Shown here in pieces: positions 60,626 to 64,000 of a stretch of 64,000 nucleotides of DNA. The notes under the pieces are model-generated. The model had not been told where the DNA came from, did not search any database, and worked only from the letters and a program-made list of their open reading frames with translations. The stretch lies in assembly GCA_047495785.1 (NCBI GenBank), contig JBLDXI010000029.1:1488001-1552000 (forward strand). Direction: 5' to 3'. The DNA comes from Lepidodermella squamata (Eukaryota; Animalia; Gastrotricha). Numbering within the stretch: position 1 is the first letter of the stretch; each line of letters starts with the position of its first letter. A program made the position numbers and the translations under genes.

Positions 60626-61199
60626 AGTATTCAACGACAATTTGACCTTCTCTGAAGATTTTTCAGTTTTTATTCTCTTTTTTTATTTGCCAAAATTTCA
60701 AAATATGGACCAATTATATTAATCTCGAAAGTTGATGGCGCAACCAAGAGTCGCTTGATACATCAACGTAATCGAATAACCATGATCAAAATGGAGTAAT
60801 AATTTAATAAAATATTCAGAGAACATGGCTTATCAGTAAAATCAACGTCACCCTAGAAACAGACGCTTATGATTCATTGCTGCCTCTTAGATATCAATGA
60901 ATGCAACCCATAAGAGCAATAACTTGGATCTCGGCCCCTTGCCTAACTTTCTTGGACACACTGTACTAAGGCATTTTACTTGTATGTCGCGATAATTACG
61001 CCTACTCAACTTACGTAAGCCTCAACAGGATTCTCTGGAGGCTATTGGCTGCTTCGCCACCGCGCTGTGCCGCTGTCAGCCTTTACTTGCAAATTAGCTC
61101 GATACCAGACCGCAAACAGTCCCAGCAGTCTTATGTCTGGCGATTATCTCTATCGAAAGTTCGTTTCTATTTCATATGATTGACGGAGCATTATTATTC

Positions 61200-61712
61200 T
61201 AGCCGCTGTGATTCAGAACTTAATTTATAATGTTTAACGAGGCTCGATGTTGAAGATGGGTGCTTCTCGATCTCTCTTGCGTGCTTTTCCTGATACCATC
61301 ACGAATGAGATACACGATGTTATGCCGAGCTAGTCTATTTTTCGCCATTTCAGCTGTTACATTGCTTTTCAGCGGTCTAGTTAAAACGGCTTATGGAATA
61401 AAGCAAAGTTTAATCAGCAGGAGGCCTATGACACGGTCTAGACGTAGAAGTAGTGCTAGCCAACGCAAATTTTCAGAGCGCTCATTTTTATTCCGAACTG
61501 TGGGATTTTCAGTTTTGATTATCCTGATATACATCACATGGATGATTATTGAGCCTTATGGCTTGCAAATCAACCTTCAGGATCAGAAAGATTACCAAGA
61601 GGAGGAAGATACCCATATCACCTATGTTATTTTGTCTTGTACTTCAAGCAACGAATCGATATTTCTGGCTGTATTTCAAGCGATTCTCACATGTTTGATG
61701 CTAATTCAGTAA
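61200..61712 (+). pseudogene. Class C GPCR 7TM fragment (TM2-TM5), relic of the single-exon subfamily
   Basis: CRASLFFA, RTVG...WMIIEPY, YQEEEDTHITYVILSCTSS align to the 23505-25826 protein. It stops inside TM5 and has no open upstream ectodomain. Confidence 0.7.
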
Positions 61713-61762
61713 TCATAACTTTATCCCAGAGTAAAAAAGAATTATAAAGTGCCGACTGGGGG

Positions 61763-63814
61763 TCAAGATGAGAATCGCGCCTGGGCACCCATCCGATGCT
61801 GAACACTGGTGCCGAGCGAGGTTAGCATTCGCATGAAGCGGGAGCTCAACACATACGAACTATTTTGGCGACTCAGCATTTTATCAAGCTTGTACACCTT
61901 CAAAACTCGAGGCAAGAAAATAGTCCCGATTGGCACCACAGAAAACGCAAGTGAGTACCACATCTGTACGGATGCTAAGTTGGCCGGTTCTCTCTGAAAT
62001 ATGACCATAGTTGCGGCCATTGCGACAATTGTCACTAAGCAGCCATATAAGCAAATTCTGGTATACTTGTTTTCTTTAATCACCGTAGGTTTCTAGACAG
62101 AAGGGAACATGTGAAATTGATAGGTAGCCTTCGAAATCTCACTTACCGATCTGATGATGAAAACTAGAAAAACCGATCGCAAGATTGCGAGAGCATTCAT
62201 GGAAAAAACTGCGAGGACACAACCCTGGGTGATGGGTGATCGCAGATTTGTTGAACAGGAGTAATAAGCATGTCTGTAAGCTACACTCGGTAACCGAGAA
62301 GACGGCGGTAGCGGTAGCTCCACCAGGACAACACTTATCGGAGCCATAACCAGCCAAATAGTTAAGATACCTCCAACTAGGCAAATATAGCCGAATATGT
62401 TGCAAACTCCTCTTTTCAGATATCCCAATGCCATTAGGTCCATTAGTTGGTCTACAGCAGGAGTTGGTGACTTCCTGTGACGCGAGTAGTCATCCGCGAG
62501 TAACGATGAGATCTCAAGCCTAACATAAATTCCTGAGAAAACCAGCGAATAGCCAAGAAACAGCTGGCTGTATGAGACAACGCAGCTCCATGCTATTGCT
62601 TTACCCCTCCAAGTGGGGGCGAAGAACACATGCATTTGAATCAGCAGACAGCCGATCAACACTACAAGACTTGAACCAGGCAAAACTCGGATTGATCCAG
62701 AATAGGAACGTTTCGTTTGAAGGCCCAGCAAAGCAAAACTTGTTATCGATAGCACACACGCCGTAGCTTTTGAATTTTTAAACAATTAAATGTCTTTTTT
62801 TGTTTTTTTCCTCACTCACCGTATAACGCTCCTCCAATAGTTGAATCAATCATTGGCCGGATAATGACCACAACTTGGAGACTGTCCGGGGGCGGATTGC
62901 CGTCAAATGTGCTCCAAATAATCGGACGTTTCGCAACAAGTTTGTACCCATTTTCGTTGTCAAGTCTATAGGCTAGTACGGGGACGAGATTCCAGCCCCC
63001 GGATGAGTTTCGGCGCATTTGCGAGATTGCTGTTAGGGAGTAGCCCGATGACCAGCCTTTCACCTCCGTATCAGGGTCTAATGGATATTCGTTGATTAGC
63101 CCACGAAAACTGACGTTGTAGATGCTTTTCTCCATTAGGCGCATGAATTCTTCGCCGTGATGCTGTAGCTTTTCGGAAGAGATAACCCAGTCAGAAAGTG
63201 TCTGATTTCCTACACTCAGTTTTCAATCATAAAAGGATTAACTCGGGGTCTTTTGCCTTACTTAAGTTGAGTAGTCGCTCGGTCTCGTTAAGCCAAAACG
63301 CGGTGAAGAGAATGTTTTCATACATTCGAAGTGGATTGCTGATAGCAGTAGTAACGCGGGGCGGATTTTCGACCCGCTCCGCCATGATCGCCTCGAATTC
63401 GTTTGCCGTAAGTCCGGTAACGTCCGTAGCATTACCGTCCGCCAGTTCATTGTTTGTTAGAGCTGTGAGGAAAAAGGTATAGCGCATCATTTCGATTTGC
63501 ATCGCCACAGTGCACCAATTTCGAGTAAGCGGCGCATTTGAATAGTCGCCTGGTGTTGAAACTGAGGTGGCGATGAAAACGTAATTTGAACCGTAGGCGC
63601 CATTTTTGTACAAGAGACACAAATAATCCATGGAAAAATCTCCAGGTATCACAATGATTCGAGCGTCGTTTATTGTGGCCTCTTCAATCGCCGCAGCCAT
63701 TCGTTTAACAGCTTCGGCGTAAACGGCGTAATCGTACGGTGACAGATCAATTGCTGCGTAACCAATAAGGGACAATTCGAGTCTATCCATTTCGCGCAGG
63801 AGCCGCCTCTCGCT
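61763..63814 (-). CDS. Multi-exon orphan class C GPCR, paralog of 26446-29271; 5' exons lie beyond the window
   Basis: Near-identical blocks (DARII, MDYLCLLYK, TPGDYSNAPLT, NPLRMYENILFTAFWLNETE, YPLDPD.EVKGWS, PPDSLQ) and matching intron positions. A GTAAGT donor sits at the window edge (63999). Confidence 0.85.
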
Positions 63815-64000
63815 CTATAATTCAGAAAAAGGCATTGCAATAAACATTGCGTATCCCCGAAATTCTAAGCGGTTGTTAAACAATTGTTTCGCTTTCACCA
63901 CAAGGGTTCTTTGATAATGTTGGGACTGTAGCGCTTCTAATCATACAGAGTACTCTCACTACGACAATGCAATAGTGTTGATATATTTCGTATACTTACT

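Overview
Eukaryotic (invertebrate metazoan-like) AT-rich genomic DNA with short GT-AG introns; the taxon cannot be fixed from sequence alone. It is a gene-family birth-and-death region. (1) 1.3-22.7 kb: five tandem minus-strand GILT/IFI30-like thiol reductase genes whose active site runs from CxxS to SxxC to no cysteine. They are co-duplicated with decaying relics (a PAN/apple + discoidin pseudogene and an unidentified minus-strand pseudogene) and carry several MITE/hAT insertions. (2) 23.5-32.6 kb and 56-64 kb: six divergent GABA-B-like class C GPCR loci (three single-exon, two multi-exon, one pseudogene fragment). (3) 32.7-33.6 kb: a 5'-truncated RTE-like LINE with target-site duplication. 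(4) 33.7-41.3 kb: three single-exon TPR + SET genes with degenerate catalytic motifs, one frameshifted. (5) 43.3-55.1 kb: a MAM-astacin-(MAM)x4 metalloprotease whose zinc motif needs a 20-nt micro-exon. Its largest intron hides three antisense two-exon genes for related, secreted, very Arg/Lys-rich proteins. (6) 58.9-60.2 kb: a strongly codon-biased small heat-shock protein with an unusual repeated-helix N-terminal region. The best candidates for undescribed biology are the nested cationic secreted protein family, the pseudo-enzyme GILT array, the catalytically degenerate TPR-SET cluster and the orphan class C GPCR expansion. All exon models were assembled by hand and have no transcript support.
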